A DNA stretch of 38,433 bases from positions 45,791,202 to 45,829,634 of the forward strand of contig NC_068992.1 of assembly GCF_001194135.2 (NCBI RefSeq), in the 5' to 3' direction. Shown here one piece after another: positions 36,451 through 38,433 of the stretch (its first letter is position 1; the number at the start of each line of letters is the position of its first letter). This stretch comes from Octopus bimaculoides. Lineage: Eukaryota. Position numbers and translations under genes: made by a program. The notes below the pieces were generated by a model. That model was not told where the DNA came from. It saw nothing but the letters and a program-made list of their open reading frames with translations, and did not search any database.

Positions 36451-36742
36451 TGCATGCCCCTGGACTGGCTCTGGTGCGGGTGGCACATAAAATACACCAT
36501 TTTAGTGTGGCCATTGCCAGTACTGCCTGACTGGCCTTCGTGCGGGTGACACGTAAAAGCAGCCACTATATTCTCTGAGTGGTTGGCGTTAGGAAGGGCA
36601 TCCAGCTGTAGAAACTCTGCCAAATCAGATTGGAGCCTGGTGTTGCCATCCGGTTTCACCAGTCATCAATCAAACCGACCAACCCATGCGGACGTTAAAC
36701 GATGATGATGATGAGGAGGATGATGATGATGATGATGATGAT
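36451..36742 (+). mobile_element. RTE-type 3' UTR / tail element with (GAT)n end, embedded in a (TA)n tract
   Basis: Nearly identical to 19765-19997; lacks tagcatggaaagc-like bases before ggacgttaaac. Flanked by TA-rich microsatellite on both sides. Confidence 0.9.
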
Positions 36743-36765
36743 ATATAAATATATATATATATATG

Positions 36766-36801
<36 letters not shown>

Positions 36802-37192
36802 AAGTATAAGAGAAATTACCTGTAATAGGTAACTTCTACACGCTAGAAGACAGTCACAAACAACCAAAAACCACAAAGTTAAACATTTCAAAGAAAAAAT
36901 TAAAATGTTTACCCTATTTTTAACGGTTAGACCTATATGTTTCTGAATTTTTAGGAAACAATTTGATTTACTCGGCAAATCGTCTTCAGTAACCAGCNNN
37001 NNNNNNNNNNNNNNNNNNNNNNNNNNNNNNNNNNNNNNNNNNNNNNNNNNNNNNNNNNNNNNNNNNNNNNNNNNNNNNNNNNNNNNNNNNNNNNNNNTTT
37101 TAGGAAATAAAGTAATTTACTAGGCAAATCGTCTTCAGTAACCAGCCCTCAAGGAATTAACGTATATTTACAAGACAAGATGCCATAATCAC

Positions 37193-37227
<35 letters not shown>

Positions 37228-37547
37228 CTAGCTATATGTGTGTATGTATGTGTATATACACACACAAATACACATACCAACGTGAATGTATCTGCATATA
37301 TTCATACAAGCATACAGGAACATAAATGCATGTAGAAAGCTGAAGGATGTGCATAAGCAAAACTATATTATATAATTTGTTTGTTTGTGTAAGTACATGA
37401 AATGAAAGGTTAGTACGTGTACACATGCACATACGCAGATACACTCACATACATATATGTGTGTGTGACTGTGTACTGAAATATATTATTAAGATTTTAA
37501 AATATATGAAATGTAGTTTCAGATGTAAACATATTTCTAAGCCTTAC

Positions 37548-38100
37548 AATAATGATGATAATAATAATAATAATAATAATCATAATAATAATAAATATAT
37601 TTACCAGTAGTAAGCATTTCGTATTCTCTAGATTATTACTATTATTGTTCTTGATACTCTGGTTGTTGTGCTGTTGTTGATGTGGTTGTTGTTGCTATTG
37701 TTGTTATGAGCTATTTCAATTGTCTGAGTTTTTTAAAAAAACAAATATTATTGATTTGTTTATTACAGTTACAACTGTTGCTGTTGTTGTTATTGATTAG
37801 TAGTTCAGACTACTCAAAACTATTTTTTCTTTTAAAATTCATTGTTTTTAGGGTATGTTTATTCTCATAATTTAAATGTATTATTACAATAACATTTCAT
37901 CATTATCACCGTCACGCATAAGATTATCAGCTTTGTCTTCATCACAGTCATCATTAACATCTCCCCAGCATCATCTGCATTATCATAACTAACAACTTCA
38001 TAAATAGGATGATGGTCTTCATTACCTATTCTTCTTCATCATCACCATCAATGTCATCATCCTCATCTTGATTGTCACTTTTGTCATTATGATGCCTATT
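37548..38100. repeat. Degenerate trinucleotide low-complexity region (AAT, TTG, ATC)
   Basis: Direct reading. Confidence 0.75.
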
Positions 38101-38255
38101 TATGTAATGAATTATAAACCTTTCCCAACATTACAATATGTTCTTGAAAATGGCATGTGTGTGAATATATCTACATGTGCATATATGTATGTAAGTATAC
38201 AAGAAGAACAAGGGAAAGAGAATGTATGTAGGAAGGGATTTTATAAATGCTTACA

Positions 38256-38433
38256 GGTGCAGGAGTGGCTGTGTTAAGTAGTTTGCTTACCAACCACATG
38301 GTCCCACTGCGAGGCACCTTGGGCAAGTGTCTTCTACTATAGCCTCGGGCCGACCAAAGCCTTGCGAGTGGATTTAGTAGACAAAAACTAAAAGAAGCAT
38401 GTCGTATATATATATATATATATATATATATAT
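38256..38433 (+). mobile_element. SINE family B 5' half, running into its internal (TA)n at the window edge
   Basis: ggtgcaggagtggctgtg...ggcaccttgggcaagtgtcttctactatagcctcgggccgaccaaagccttg; homologous to 14417-14580. Confidence 0.85.

Noticed and set aside
1-38433. CRISPR arrays, rRNA/tRNA genes, prokaryotic operons or viral genes
   Set aside because: None seen. The tRNA-like boxes belong to SINE heads, and the tandem repeats have no unique spacers.

Overview
AT-rich, microsatellite-dense animal genomic DNA with six assembly gaps (N runs at 17538-17641, 19416-19764, 23496-23650, 27429-27652, 33192-33201, 36998-37097). The interspersed repeats look like those I recall from octopod cephalopod genomes; this is an inference, not a database result. 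Nearly all ORFs in the supplied track are translations of microsatellites or antisense frames of repeats. What I can support is a graveyard of decayed transposons: tRNA-type SINEs of two families, RTE LINE and RTE-tail elements, two restriction-like-endonuclease LINEs (R4/Dong-like and HERO-like), two Penelope-like remnants, two copies of a Tc1-like element, mariner, and probable hAT and piggyBac remnants. A few short + strand exon candidates with canonical splice sites and compatible phases suggest the window is mostly intron of an unidentified multi-exon gene (low confidence). I found no convincing novel biological system. The most unusual local structure is a 22-bp-arm palindrome sitting exactly at the junction between a 5'-truncated LINE and a Tc1 fragment.
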